NCBI RefSeq assembly: GCF_000143415.4 | Contig: NW_003314341.1 | Coordinates: forward strand, 832,394 to 896,393 | Direction of reading: 5' to 3' | Origin: Selaginella moellendorffii | Taxonomy: Eukaryota; Plantae; Lycopodiophyta | DNA: 64,000 bases | In this document: positions 51,271 through 64,000 of the stretch, one piece after another | Position numbering within the stretch: the stretch's first letter is position 1 | Layout: the number at the start of each line of letters is the position of its first letter | Translations under genes and position numbers: made by a program | The notes under the pieces: model-generated | Database searches by the model: none | What the model was told of the DNA's origin: nothing | The model's input: the letters and a program-made list of their open reading frames with translations, nothing else

Positions 51271-52952
51271 TTATTTAATCTATGTTTTATTAGCAACTAA
51301 GTATATCACCACTTGATCTTCACATTTGAGGGTCTTAAGGTTGGGGCTAAATTTAAAAAGTAAAATGATTTGAGAATGTGACTCTTATTTTTGGTTCATG
51401 TGTGAACTTATAAGAATATGGTAGATAAAAAAGGGGGAATGGCTTTGGGATTTTAGAAATTGTACAATAATTTCCCTAGGGAAATAAAGATGTGATCCAC
51501 GTAAGAACTTGATACAAATAAGTTGGCTTGGAAATTGTTGTGAGACACAATTAAAGATATGATCACTTGAAGGAAAGAAATTCTTAAGTAACAAAGGAGT
51601 TGCAAAATTATTTTCATGAAATTGAAAATTGGGCTTATGAACTTAAGTCTAAAATAAAAATACTTAAAACACCAAAGAGATGGTGTTTGAGCTTTGGAAA
51701 AAATCTAAAGGACTAAGTCTTTAAGGATATTATATAGGATATTTTCAAAGAAATAAAGTTCTAGAAATTAAAAGATAAGGGAAGTATTATATGTTCAAGG
51801 TGAATAATGCCAAAAGTTTTGATACTACTAATGATGGGCATGTAAGGGCTCATTAATAGCAAAGTTAATCCTTATGTACCAATTGAGTATATTTAACTTG
51901 AGAAATCACTCCTTGATTGATAAAGTCAATGATGGTGGATTTCAGAAAATACTTGCTAAAGTGACGAAATAAATGCAAAGTATACTTCCTAGTAAGGAGG
52001 GGAAAAGCAAAAGGGATATATAGGGTTGAGAGTTTTAATTAATTAAGAGTTTTAGGATAATTAGAAGTTAAACATTTTTGAGTTTGGATAGTATTGGATT
52101 AGATGATTTTTCATGAAGCTTAAACTCAAGAGGTTTCATTTTGTATTAAAGTTTTAAATTTGACTTTGTTGGTTAGCTTGGGGAATCACATCATATGTTA
52201 ATGTTGACAAAAATGAAAAGGCAATATGAACATAATCTACTTTTTTAGCATTTGTCATAAAAAATGTAGAGCAAAAAAAGGCCAAAGTGTACAACGTAGA
52301 TGCAATCTTCAAGGTTGAGGAAATTGTATTCATCAAAAATAAAAATTTATTATTTGTGTTGATGCACTTTTATAAACTCACAAAGATAGATTTTCACATT
52401 ATTCAATTGGCAATTTTGGAGATCATCTTTAGTGGCAACTAAGGTTTGGATGAGGTAGGGATTATTATAGTGGCTAAATGTGGTATTTTTTTACAAATTG
52501 CAATAAGGGGAAGTTAAAGACTTCCATAGAGAATGCACTAGTGAAATTCCATGGAAATTTAATAGTTCACAAATGAGATCTAAATCAAAATTTAAGACAT
52601 AGTACACATTTAAGGCTTTTGAATTCATGGTTTTTCATCTATGATAAAACTTCATCCAAGGATGCTCATTATGTCAATCTATACAAACATATTCTTCTTC
52701 TTCTTTATTCATATTGGGTTTAAAGTTTTGGGGTTTAGAGAATTAATTTTCATTCAAGGAGAAGATATTTTGTTATGGTGCCACTTTAGTAGCTCAAGAT
52801 CACATGCAAAGGACATTATTTTTCATTCATTGACTAAGCCTTTCATAAGCATGTATAAAACTTCTTGAGTTCAATTAACAATAGAACACTTTCAATAAGA
52901 CATTGAGATTCCAATTTATATAGTATAGTTGTGTTGGTTAATTTGTTCCTTA

Positions 52953-55250
52953 TGTAAGACACAAATGTTAAGTCCCTAAAAAGGCACTGAAGGTGCGCCA
53001 TATGGTAATGGTTGAAGCGAAAAGTTGAAGCAAAAGTCTAATGAGTGTAACACAATTAGACCAAAAGCTCTAATTCAAAAGTCGAGAGTGGGAGTGTAAT
53101 TCCTAAGTTAACACTTGAGAAATGAGCACGAAAAAAATGAGCCAAAAAGCTCTAAGAATGGACATAAAAGTGATTGACATGTGGCAAGTGTTATGACACG
53201 TGAAAGTATCAAAATTGAACTCTAAGAATTCAAGGACCCAAAGTAGAAAGAAGATAGAAGCATCTTACCCCACCAAAAAACTAAGTGTTCGAAAAGTTAG
53301 ACATATCCAAGGTTAAATATATCTGGGGCCCAATGTATCCAAGGCCATATATATTCAACAATTGGGTGAAAGCCCAAAGCACTCATTTTCTTAGGCCTAA
53401 AGGGTTTAGCAAATTCCAAAAGTATAGTAAAAGGGAAGATTCCCATGAAATCAATGTGACTAGAGATGAATGGAATTATAGAAGGATGAGGATAAAAACA
53501 TTATAGAGTCTAAGGCTAAAGTGAATATAGATAGATAAGTGGTGTAACTTGATGAATGTTCAAGGGCCAATTCTAGCTCTTTTAGGAAGTCACAATATTG
53601 ATGCTCCCAATCCAAGTGTAGGTTGCACAATTTACTTAGATACCTTTAAAGGCTTAATGGAACCTCACTTTAATTCTATGACTAGAGCACTAAAAGGATA
53701 ATGATAAAGAGAGTACCTATGAGGCTTGTATAAAGCTATAGTATTTTGAAGTGTTAACTTAAAAAACTGAAATGCGCAAAGTAAGAAGAATGATCTTTTT
53801 GCTTGGCAACCAAAGTGCTAATTGCTTAGTAAGATAACCCCAAGAGTTTAGGGGACTTGATGGATGGGTCTAACAATCCGACTCAAAAGCGGTGTTGTAG
53901 AGTATTATCACATGCACAATAGAAATTGATAATGTGCCAAAGTAGGGATTTTTGGAGGATAGAGTTTGTGTAAATCTTGGGGCACTCTTAAGATGTTGAG
54001 AGGTGATTAAGAGGTAATCACTCTTAAATGGAATGGCTATGTCTTGTAGGGACGGGCTATGATAGTGGTGGTCTAGGACCAATATTAGAATCATGAAAAC
54101 AAATTAAACCTTAGCGTAAGAGGTTGGTGTATATTAGTAGCACCTTTGGGGGGTTCTTAAAAAAGATTAGGACCTAATGGACACTTTGGTTGAAAGATGC
54201 CAAATGTTATATCGGCAAGATGTGAAGTACTACTTTAGCAGTGGCAAGTACTATGAGTTAGTGTTAAGACCCAAGGAGGTTGTGAATAAGACTCCTCAAA
54301 TGGGTTGAAGGTAGGGTGAAATGACTAAATTAAAAAAAAAAAATTCAATCGCTTTCAACTTGGTATCAGAACTATTCTTTAGTCTGACTTTTATTGATGG
54401 CCAAATATATTACCACTTGATCTTTAACATTTGGGGGCCCTATGATTAAGGCCAGACTCAAAGAGTAGGATGTCTTGAGAGCACAGCTCTCTTCAATTTG
54501 TGCATGAACACATTAAAATATGGTAAATAAAAAAAGGGTTAATAAGGGAATGCTTTTGGGATCTTAAGAACTACATAATGCTTTCCTTATGGAAAGAAGG
54601 AAATGATCCATATAAGAGTTTGACACAAAACAAGCTGACTTAGGGGTGGTTATGGGAAATAACCAAGGCTAGGATCATGTAAAGGACTAAGTAATAAAGG
54701 AGTGATAGTATCATCTTCATGAAGTTGAGGATAATGGCCTATATAGAACATAAATTATAGTTGGATGTCAGAATGATACTAGGGAATGAAATCCTTACGG
54801 ACATTACGGCCAAAATAATTAAAGATGAAATAACACTTTTAAGGTAGTCAAAAAGTTACAATATGAAAGTCTAACAAACTAATAAGTTTAAGTGCATTAT
54901 GACATGATAAAATGCTAAACATGGATATAAAAAGATTTTGGACCAAAATGTTCTATATCCAATCTAAGACCAGAAGAATCTTGAGTTCTAAATGTGAGAT
55001 TGATAAGTATCTCGATAATGGCTAAAGAGTGTCATGTTCCTATCGAGAAACAACTTAAATAAGTTGTATCTATAGCACATTGGGGAAATGTTAGCCAATA
55101 TGAAATATTGGATAAAAGAATGCAGAATGTAACCTTTGTTAAAAACTTAGACATAAAGAAATCATGTCATGAGGATAAGCTCTTAGAGTTAATGGTGTGA
55201 TAACACCAAGGATCTAATGAAAAAGGTAGTTAGATTTTAAATCCATTGCC
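52953..55250 (+). mobile_element. Old B-related LTR (52953-54357), PBS and start of internal region
   Basis: tgtaagacacaaa start; gtcgagagtgggagtg and gggtgaaagcccaaagc motifs; end gctttca; PBS tggtatcaga at 54361. Confidence 0.65.
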
Positions 55251-55257
55251 AAAAAAG

Positions 55258-56912
55258 TGTAAGCGACTAAATTTTCCATTCTACTTTAGTCACTTAACCA
55301 CACCTCCGACCACTTGGAGGAGTCTTATTCACAACCTCTATAAGTCCAATTCAAGACTTGGGACTTGCTAGCCCCAAGAATGGCATCCATGCCACCCAAC
55401 ATTTGCACTTGGTCCAAGTGCTCCACGTGTCCGATCCCATGACTGACACTCAAAGGTACCACCGACATGGCAGCTTGTCACGCTAAGGCCATGCCTAATC
55501 ACCTTTGCCACACTAGTAGTCCAATACCACGTGCATCCCAGTCTTGGCTCTCCAAGACTAGGCAAACCATCTGTGAGTGGTCATCTCAAATCCACTCCTT
55601 AGCATCCTTAGGATGCCCACCAACAAGGGGAATAGCCTTCCCCAATATCCCTCTGTCAGTCCCCACTAAGTCCCTTTCTGCCCCTGGCCGTGTTTGCCAA
55701 CACTGCCATTGGATCGAGGCCCACAAGCCTGACCACTAAGTCCCACGATCCTCTGGGACTTCCTCACCATACGACTGTGTCCTTGGTCACTACCCCAGAG
55801 GACTGCTCCTCTTCCTTTCCATAGTCTGGGCTTTTGGGGACAACATTTCGGAACACCATGGCCTTACGCGAGCCTCTTGGGTACTCTCCCCGCCTTCCGC
55901 CCTTGGGTGCTCTAGCCATGGGCTTAGAGCGAGGTTCCGTTGAGCCACGCCTGGTATCCAAGTAGGTAGTGCCACCCACACTTGGACTGGGAGCATCGGC
56001 CAGTCAATCTCCCGGGGGAACTAGAGCCAGCTCTTGAACACTTCACCAAGCTACCCCGCTTGTCGGTCCATGTTCACTCTAGTCTTGGACTTCCCAGTGG
56101 TCAGCTCATCACCCAACACTGGGTCTAGCCTTCCTGGGCCAAACTGGCCTTTCCTGGCCAAACTGGCTCCACTGCAGTCCCCCCCCCCCCCCTTACTATA
56201 CTTTTGGAGCTCACCAAACCCCCTAGGGTCTGGGAGACGAACGCTTTGGGCTTTCACCCTCTCAGACTCGGACTCGGGCTCGGACTCGGACTCAGACTCG
56301 GACTCGGACTCGGGCTCGGGCTCGGTCTCGGCCTCTGCCTCGGTCTCAGTCTCGGTCCCGGTCTTGGTCTCGGTCCCGGTCTCGGTCCCGGTCTCGGTCT
56401 TGACTTCGGACTCCATCTCGGGTCCTTCTCGGACTCCATCTCGGATTCCATCTCGGGTCCATCTCAGACTCCATCTCGGTCCATCTCGGACTCCATCTCG
56501 GACTCCGTCTCGGACTCCATCTCGGACTCCGTCTCAGTCCATCTCGGACTCCATCTCGGACTCCACTTCGGACTCCAGCTCGGACTCCACTTCGGACTCC
56601 ATCTCGGACTCCACCTCGGACTCCACTTCGGACTCCATCTCGGACTTCAACTCGGGTCCATCTCGGACTCCATCTCGGACACTTCCACATGTCATGTGTT
56701 GGTCCTTTTGGGTCCCTTTTTGGAGTCTCACTTATTGCTCGCTTCATGCTTGTTCCTCGAGCCCTTTATTGGGAGTTCCACTCCCGCTTTCGACCTTCCA
56801 AGTTGGAGCTTTTAGTCCAAACGTGTTACGCTCGTTTGGCTTTCGCTTCGGCCACTACCACGTGGCACCCTTTCCAGCTCCACTTTGAGGCTTAGGGATT
56901 TTGTGTCTCACA
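55258..56912 (-). repeat. Family B solo LTR
   Basis: TG...CA; TSD AAAAG at 55253-57 and 56913-17. Confidence 0.92.
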
Positions 56913-58746
56913 AAAAGGACTCTTGTGGAAAAGGGGTTTGGCATAGCCTTAGCTAAAAGGCATAAGAAAGAAGTGTTTGACCGGATGCAATTGATTGATG
57001 GTGTAAGAGCATTAATAATGAGTTGTAGGATATAACAACCATAAAGTAAATGAACACAAATGTTGGTATAATAAATGAGAGTGGTAAAAAGAAAGTTAAC
57101 TCCCCAAGAAGTTATATGAAGCAAAAAGAATTGCATATAGCTTCTTATTTCTTCATGAATTGCATAGCAACATATTTCTTCATAAAAAGCTATATGACGA
57201 TTTTTAAGCACACAAAAGAAATGTATGCATTAACATAAGGTGTTGAAATGAAATTGGCTCGAGAAATTGAAATGCACAAAATAAGAGGAATGGTCCTTTT
57301 TCTTAGCAACCAAAGTGTTAATTGCTTAGTAAGATAGTCTTAGGGGCTTAGAAGACCCGATAGATGGGTTTAAGGACCTAATTCAAAGGTGGTGTTATAG
57401 AGTACTATTGTGCACACAATAAAAACTAATAAAGTGCCAAAGTAAGGATTTTTGGAGGATGGAGTTTTTATAAGTCTTGGGGCACTCTTAAGATGTTAAG
57501 ATATGACTAAGGGATAGTCCTTCCTAAATGGAATAGCCATGTCTTATAAGGATAGGTTATGATGGTGGTGGTCTAAAATTAATATTATGAGAACAAACTA
57601 AACTTTAGCATAAAAAGCTAATGTATATTGATAATACTTTTGGGGGGTTCCTAGATAAGATTAGGACCCAATAGACACTACGGTTGAAAGAGGCTAAATG
57701 CTATATTGGCAAAATGTAAAGATAATGGATAAAGCATATAACTAATGAGGATGTTAGTGGACATGGTTTTGAGTGGCATGAAACTAAACTTTAGTTCCAT
57801 TAATCCCCCTAGACTTTTGCAATAAAGATTTTGCAAGAAAAATCATTAAGAATTGTGAAACATTGCAAAGAAATGGAAAGCCATAATTCACCTTTTTAGC
57901 ACCTCTCAAGAAAAAAACAAATTAATGCAAAGCAAATGAAGGATAAAGTGTGCAACATAGATACAATCTCTAAGGTTGAGGAGGTTATATTCATCACAAA
58001 CAATAAGAACTATTACTAAGTGATAAACTTATATTTTCCATCTACACTTATCTTAATTTCCAAAATCAAAAAGTCTAAAAATGAAAGGTATATGGCATAC
58101 AAATATTTATTGTTTGTCTTGATGCACTTCTATAAGCTCACAAAGATAGATTTGCACATCATTTAATTGGTAGTTTTGGAGATCATCAAGAACCAAGAAA
58201 AAAAATTGAATGAGTTTTTTCTAATCATTTTCTTTTCAATGAAATAAACATTATTTTATGTTCTAATTATGTTAAAATATTCTTTATGTTTTTTGAATTT
58301 GAATATATGTGGAGAAGATTCTGTGATGGAATAATTTAGTCCTCCTTTAGAATATACTTCTTTTGGCAACCCTAGAAAAGGACACACTCACTTGCACACA
58401 AATAAGAGGATTATGCTTCTTGTTAACGAATTTACCCACTTACTACCAAGTAGAAACTTAATCATAACAATCTAATTTTACATTCCTCACCTATAGAAAA
58501 AAAATCACTTGCCAAAATCTCATTGAGAATTGTTAAAGCTTCATGATGTAAGTATGCTACTTTTTTTCTTTGTGTTTCTTTTATTCCTGATATTTATATC
58601 CTGTAATTGCTCAAAAATCATAAAAACATAGCACTTGACTTGAAAAATAACACACCTTGATTCTTAGTTGTAAAATGTGCTTGGGCTAAACTTCACCATC
58701 TACTAATGTTATTGCAATAGAAGAATTCAGCTATGTGACGTAAAAA

Positions 58747-58748
<2 letters not shown>

Positions 58749-58788
<40 letters not shown>

Positions 58789-58806
58789 GTGTGCATGTGT
58801 GTGTGT
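58749..58806. repeat. (AT)n + (GT)n microsatellite
   Basis: Direct reading. Confidence 0.95.
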
Positions 58807-59089
58807 AAAAGTAAGATTTAACATGAAAAACCACACACAGACTTAAGGATCAATAATGTACTCATGTTTGTGATCCCATACCATAAAGTCTAGAAAACAA
58901 GCAAGGAAATGCTCATTGATAGGAATTCTTTGAATTTGCTTTAACTTTAAAATACACACTCAATGTGTGAAAAAATATTTGCAAAAAAGAAAATAAAATT
59001 ACCTATTTTGATGTAGCATAAATATCTTGGACCAATTGGATGCTGTAAAATCCTTGTCATCAACTAGACAAATCAATTAGACTGCTTAT

Positions 59090-59331
59090 AAGCTTTATTT
59101 CATTAAAATGGGACTTTTGTTGTCTCATTTAAGCTGTTTATACATTATTATCCAAGAAAATAATAAGTTTTTTTCTCTTATAAAAAAGAATTGAGTGTGA
59201 GGTTTGGGTATAAAATCTATATCCAAATTCCAGGTCCAAGATTTTTATATAAAACACTCATTTTATAGTAAATTTCTATAAACCTAAATCTCAAATTTAG
59301 AAATAATTCCCATTTTAACAAAATAGAGTTT
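59090..59331. mobile_element. 242-bp MITE with TIRs related to the 12.5-kb transposon
   Basis: Left end aagctttatttcattaaaatggga, right end (rc) aaactctattttgttaaaatggga; 4-bp TSD TTAT (59086-89 / 59332-35). Confidence 0.8.
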
Positions 59332-61141
59332 TTATGGAGTTTACTTTATGGTATTGAAATTAGCACTACAAATGTAGGCTTGAACTAATTCAGCTAAGGT
59401 GCTCATAAAATTTCCCAAATCATACAAGGCTATCTTTGTCAAACCCTATTCAGACAAAAGCACATTAAACTGAAATTAATTGAATGGAAAGGTTTGTTAC
59501 TTTTTAAAAACATTGTCCTACAAACATAAAAAACCATAATAGTGTAGCATAACACAGCCTCAAAATCTTACCACTCCTACTAGGTTGTTATGGTTGCTAT
59601 GAATAATGAAGATTTAAAAACTAACATTGTGATGTGGATCCTTATAGTTAGCATGTCCAAACCTGAATAATTTTTTAGAAAAACAATAAATCATATTATT
59701 TTTGCTTGAATAAACAGTTATATTATTAACACTTGACAAATAAATAAATGAATATACACAGCTCAAAACTTGGAATTGCACAGGTACATTGTTCAAACAA
59801 TACAAGCACAATATCTCAATTGTCTTACCCAACAAAGGACAATTTAATGATTACCCAAGCCAAAGAGCTTAGAGAACCAATAGTTCATGAATGAGAACTA
59901 TGCTCTCAAAGTTTTGGACATGGTACACATTTGAAGCTTTTGGTTTCACAATTTTTATCCACACTAAGACTTTATGCCCATTGCATCAATTTACACAAGC
60001 ATAATCCTATTATTCTTCATTTAGAGTTTTAGGGTCTAAATAATTAATCTTTATTCAACACTTCATTATAACACCACTTTAGTAGTTTGAGATCATATGC
60101 AAAAGTTCTTCACTCATTGATTAAGTCTTTTACATAAAACTTCTTCACTTTTCAATTATTCATTTGAATTCAATTAGCAACAAAACACTTTCAATGGCAT
60201 ATTGAAATTTTAATTTACACAATATAATTGTGTTGGCTGATTCCTTCTTTGCTTTGGTTGTGGCTTCATTATGATCAAAGCACTTAAAGCACTGCCACTC
60301 AAGTGTATAGGTGTTTTGAGGGGCATAACAAGTGTTAGTGGCTACATTAGGTTAATTTACTAGAGTGCATAAATGTGGCATTAGCCCAAATGTGAAAGGA
60401 GTAACTCACCTTTAATCATGAATTCCATATGGAGAGCAACAAAGGTATAACTATATTAGTATGACATTATAGGATTGGTGTGGTGGCATTACACTTATAT
60501 AATGTGATGGAAGGCTAAAAACAATAATCCCAGTTTAAAAGGATTGTCCACATGGTAGTGAGGAGTGAACTTCACAATAGTAATAGCATTACTATCACTA
60601 GAGATTGTATACTCCTCTCAAGTTTATTGCACAGTGAGATTCAAAATTATACCTCGTTAGAGGAAGGGCCTTTTATATCTCTGGGAAATTATAAATGCTT
60701 TACAGATGAATATTAAGCAAGAGCAGTGTACCTCTATTGATTTCATGATTAACTCAAGTCCCTTACATCAATATAAAGATGGCAAACTCACATAAGAAAG
60801 ATACAAATTAAAGATGATAGATAAAGCATAAACTTCACAACCAATAAAGATATTAAAACATGCATTTGTGAACATAATTTTGAATGGCATGAAATTCTCC
60901 ATGCTTACCACCCATCAACTCCAACTTAAGGGAGCATTGCACTACCTCCATTCCCCTCCATGCACATTACTCATAGTTTTTTTTAGGAAAAAACAAAAAA
61001 AACAAACATTCCTATCTTACCATCTGTGTAATGTTAATCTTCTTGGCAAATGCTTCAATCTGTTTGCCATACTCTTGAGCTTTCTCCATTGAAATGCTGC
61101 CATGGTGTAAGAAAAGAAAAGAAAACTGTGGGTTTAGGGCT

Positions 61142-63295
61142 ATGGCGGTGGCAGCCGCGGCGCAGTGGTGGGCGGAAATCCGAAGAAAAGGGCCGGAATC
61201 GTATGCGTCCGGTATGACTTTCGAGCTTCCTGAGGCAGGTGTGAGGTCGATTGCTTTTAGTAACGAGGTCCTGTTTGTGAGGGAAGCTTTTGATGGGCTC
61301 TACAAGGAGATTCTAACTGTCCTCGAGTCACGCAAGTTCGGTCTGTGTCATGTGAATGGGAACTCTGGCGTGGGCAAGTCTGCGTTCCTGTGGTATTTCA
61401 TCATCCGGACTGGCATTGATAGGCCAGAGTCGGTCATTCTCTACGAGACCGACACTCGCCTGTGGGAGTTTCGCCGTGGCGCTCTTCGGCTGGTGGCCAA
61501 AACGGAGTATTCCTTCGACGAGATCGAGTCTTCTGAAGTTACCTTCCATCTGATCGACCAAAAAATTTCTCCCGGCCGACCCATTGGAAACCGAGCTGTT
61601 GTTGCTGCCTCGCCAGACGACGATAACACCAAAAGCATCAGGAAAGTCCGTCGGACTTACACGCGCTATCTGCCTCCCTGGGACAAGACAGAGTTCGATT
61701 TGCTTGTCAAGCTGTGGAAGTCGCAGGCGGACAAGTTACCCGGGCCAGAAGCGGACGAGGTAGATGAAAAGGTAAAGGCTGCCAACTTGGCCTTCTCTTG
61801 GTTCGGGGGCATCCCACGATTTTTGTGGGATCGTGAGGACGGAACACTCACAGAGGAAGACTTTCGTTCGGACGTGATGAAGTGCCTTGCAAACACCAAG
61901 CTTAAGAACGTGAGTGTCATCCTGCAAAACTCAGCGGGCGTTTCGTGGAGGCTCTTTCACTTCAACGTGACGCCCGGAACCCGCTTCAGACGTTTCCGCT
62001 ACACGTTTTGCTCGGAGAAGGTGGCAAGTCTTTATGCTGAGTATCTGTGTACAACCAACGTGGATAAGATCCGCAGCTTTCTGGAGGCTTCTCAGCCATT
62101 CAGCGAGTACTCAGCGCTGCGAGGTTTCGTTTTCGAGCAGTACGTGGTCAGCCAGGCGTTGGAACACGACATTATGGTGATGCCGATGGTAAGGCTATTT
62201 TTCACTCTTGGAAGCGTTACTTAGTGGCTCTGCAGGTTGACACTGCTTATTGCCAGCATTGTTCCCGCTCGGATGATCGAGGCAAGAATAAGAAGGTCCC
62301 CTGGATTCAGTGCGGGACCTGTCTTAAGTGGTACCATACCAAATGCGTCGGCATCAAATTCAAGTTTGATTTTAACTACAAGTGTCGGAACTGCCAAGGT
62401 GAGCCAAATGCTCAGGTTGTATCTCCTTCCGGCCTTTTGCTACGATACTATGAAGGTGATCTGGAAGACGCTTTACTCGCAGCGGGTTGGTGTTTTTTGT
62501 AATGCTTTTATCTTTCCTCTTCTCCGTTTAGCCGCTTTTCTCTTGTGCAGGTGAAGAGGCAATCAAGTATCTGTGGAGGCCTCTCAAAAAGAACAATGCT
62601 GTCTTTGATTTTGTATTGTTACCACGCACGTTGGGACAGGCTACCGTCGCTCGTACTAATCACAGGCCGGTTCTTGAGGCTACGATCAAGGCACAGCAGG
62701 CTCTCAAAGCCTGGAGAGACGAGTTCTATCAGGATAACAACAACGATGACACTCTACTGGCTTTTTTCGTACCACCGGATTCTTACTCCAATTTCAAGTT
62801 CCAGCCATACCGTTCATCTGGAAAGGTTGCTCAGAAAGCTGTCAAAGGTGAGCGTTTCATATGAACACTAAGTATGTATGTCATCTTTCTTTACCAGGGA
62901 TCGTACAGTGTAAGGTCGCCGTTCCAGTATCTGGTAGTCCTTATGTAGCGAAGGTTGCACCCAACGACATGGATGCTGTTTCTCTAGATCCGAACTTGCC
63001 GGAGACTTGGGAGGAGGCTCTGGGCTGCATAGAATGCTCGGAGGATATTGTCGAACAACCGGAGAAGTCTCTCGAGCAGGAAAAAGTCAGATATTGCAGG
63101 CAGAACTTGGCTTTTGATGGAGATGAGTTGGATGCTCTGGAAGCGATCTGCAACCTTGCAGATGGTAGGCAGAAGCGCAAGCGTTTGCAGGCATTGTGCA
63201 AGATGTACAAGATTGCGGCCAATACCACCAACCAAGAGATGCTGGCTTGTCTCGAAGCAGAGCGTGAAAGACTAGATGATATGGAAGTGGATTAA
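61142..63295 (+). CDS. Crinkler/RHS-like P-loop NTPase + restriction-endonuclease-like domain with inserted PHD finger and C-terminal SAP/HeH-like motif; exons 61142(or 61094)-62188, 62236-62485, 62551-62847, 62898-63295
   Basis: GNSGVGKS Walker A; VVAASPD; YLPPW; FGGIPR; LRGFVFEQYV; C4HC3 PHD (CQHC..WIQCGTCLKWYHTKC..YKCRNC); WRPLKKNNAVFDF..QATV..H; RKRLQALCKMYKIAAN. Three phase-compatible GT-AG introns. Confidence 0.8.
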
Positions 63296-63379
63296 TAAAT
63301 TAGTTTGCTTTTTCATTTTTCATACTTTTTTGGTTTGGTTTTTAAAAGTTATGTTCAGAATGAACAAAGGAAAGGGCTT

Positions 63380-64000
63380 AGGATTCTTGGAGGTGCTCCT
63401 ATAGGCACGCCGAGGTGGTGGCTCCATGTACGCCACGAGGTTTCTCATGCGTCGGCATTTCACAAGAGCTGTGAGCAGCTCTATGTGAGGAAGGTATTGA
63501 ACCGGAACACCGCGCCATTTGAACGGCAATTCCGGGGTCGTTTTTGTGGTATTTCCTCGAGCGAGTTGGGATTCAGAATCATCGTCTACGAAACCGTGTG
63601 TCTACGTTCATCTGATCGACCAGAACGTCAACACTTCGCGATTCATCGGGCTTCTGGTCGCCGCCTCTCCTGACATTAACAACACCAAACTAAAGTGACG
63701 CGCTACATGCCTGTGTGGACAAGGAAGAGTTTTTCGCCCTCGTTGCCTCGGAAGGAACGGACCAAGCACTTGCCAAAGAGAGAGGCAGAGCTAATGCTGC
63801 CGAGAGGGCATACTCGTGGTTCGGGGGAATTCCCCGCTTCCTCTGGGCCTGGGACGCGGAAAAGCTTACTGGACAAGACTTTCGGGCGGAAGTACATCGA
63901 TGTTTGGTCGATACCAAACTAGAGAACGTCCGTGCCGTGTTGCAAGATAAGGCAAACGCCAAGAACGTCTTTTGGTGTCTTTTCCATTTCATTTAGCAGG
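63380..64000 (+). pseudogene. Degenerate tandem paralog of the CRN-like gene (NTPase part)
   Basis: LYVRK, IVYET, HLIDQ, VAASPD and WFGGIPRFLW spread over different frames; Walker A region deleted. Confidence 0.8.

Noticed and set aside
57240-60300. Genes in the AT-rich region; duplicated blocks (53780-54230 / 57280-57720, 52230-52430 / 57900-58190, 52700-52950 / 60010-60250)
   Set aside because: Only short ORFs without motifs; consistent with old decayed repeats that I cannot classify.

Overview
Eukaryotic, repeat-dense window. Plant telomere motifs, tRNA-iMet primer sites and very short (~46-65 nt) GT-AG introns fit a compact land-plant genome such as a lycophyte, but the species cannot be confirmed from sequence alone. 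It holds four components. (1) An autonomous Ty3/Gypsy chromovirus family ('A', ~1.15 kb LTRs): one near-intact forward copy in tandem arrangement and one decayed reverse copy. Its integrase is split by two short spliceosomal-type introns present in both copies, and a candidate leader intron would excise the PBS. (2) A non-coding LARD-like LTR family ('B', ~1.6-1.8 kb LTRs): several copies and solo LTRs with 5-bp TSDs, sharing PBS, PPT and a covarying multi-hairpin RNA element with family A. (3) A 12.5 kb cut-and-paste DNA transposon (24-bp TIRs, 4-bp TSD, Sola-like transposase). It carries a divergently transcribed multi-exon cargo gene (ParB-like + degenerate DNA-methyltransferase-like + FCP1/NIF-like domains) and about 20 copies of a 22-bp palindrome not seen elsewhere in the window; a cognate 242-bp MITE lies at 59 kb. 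(4) A Crinkler/RHS-like NTPase-nuclease gene with an inserted PHD finger, two pseudogene paralogs, LINE remnants and old AT-rich decayed repeats. Two assembly gaps (N runs). All domain calls are by eye from motifs; no database search was run.
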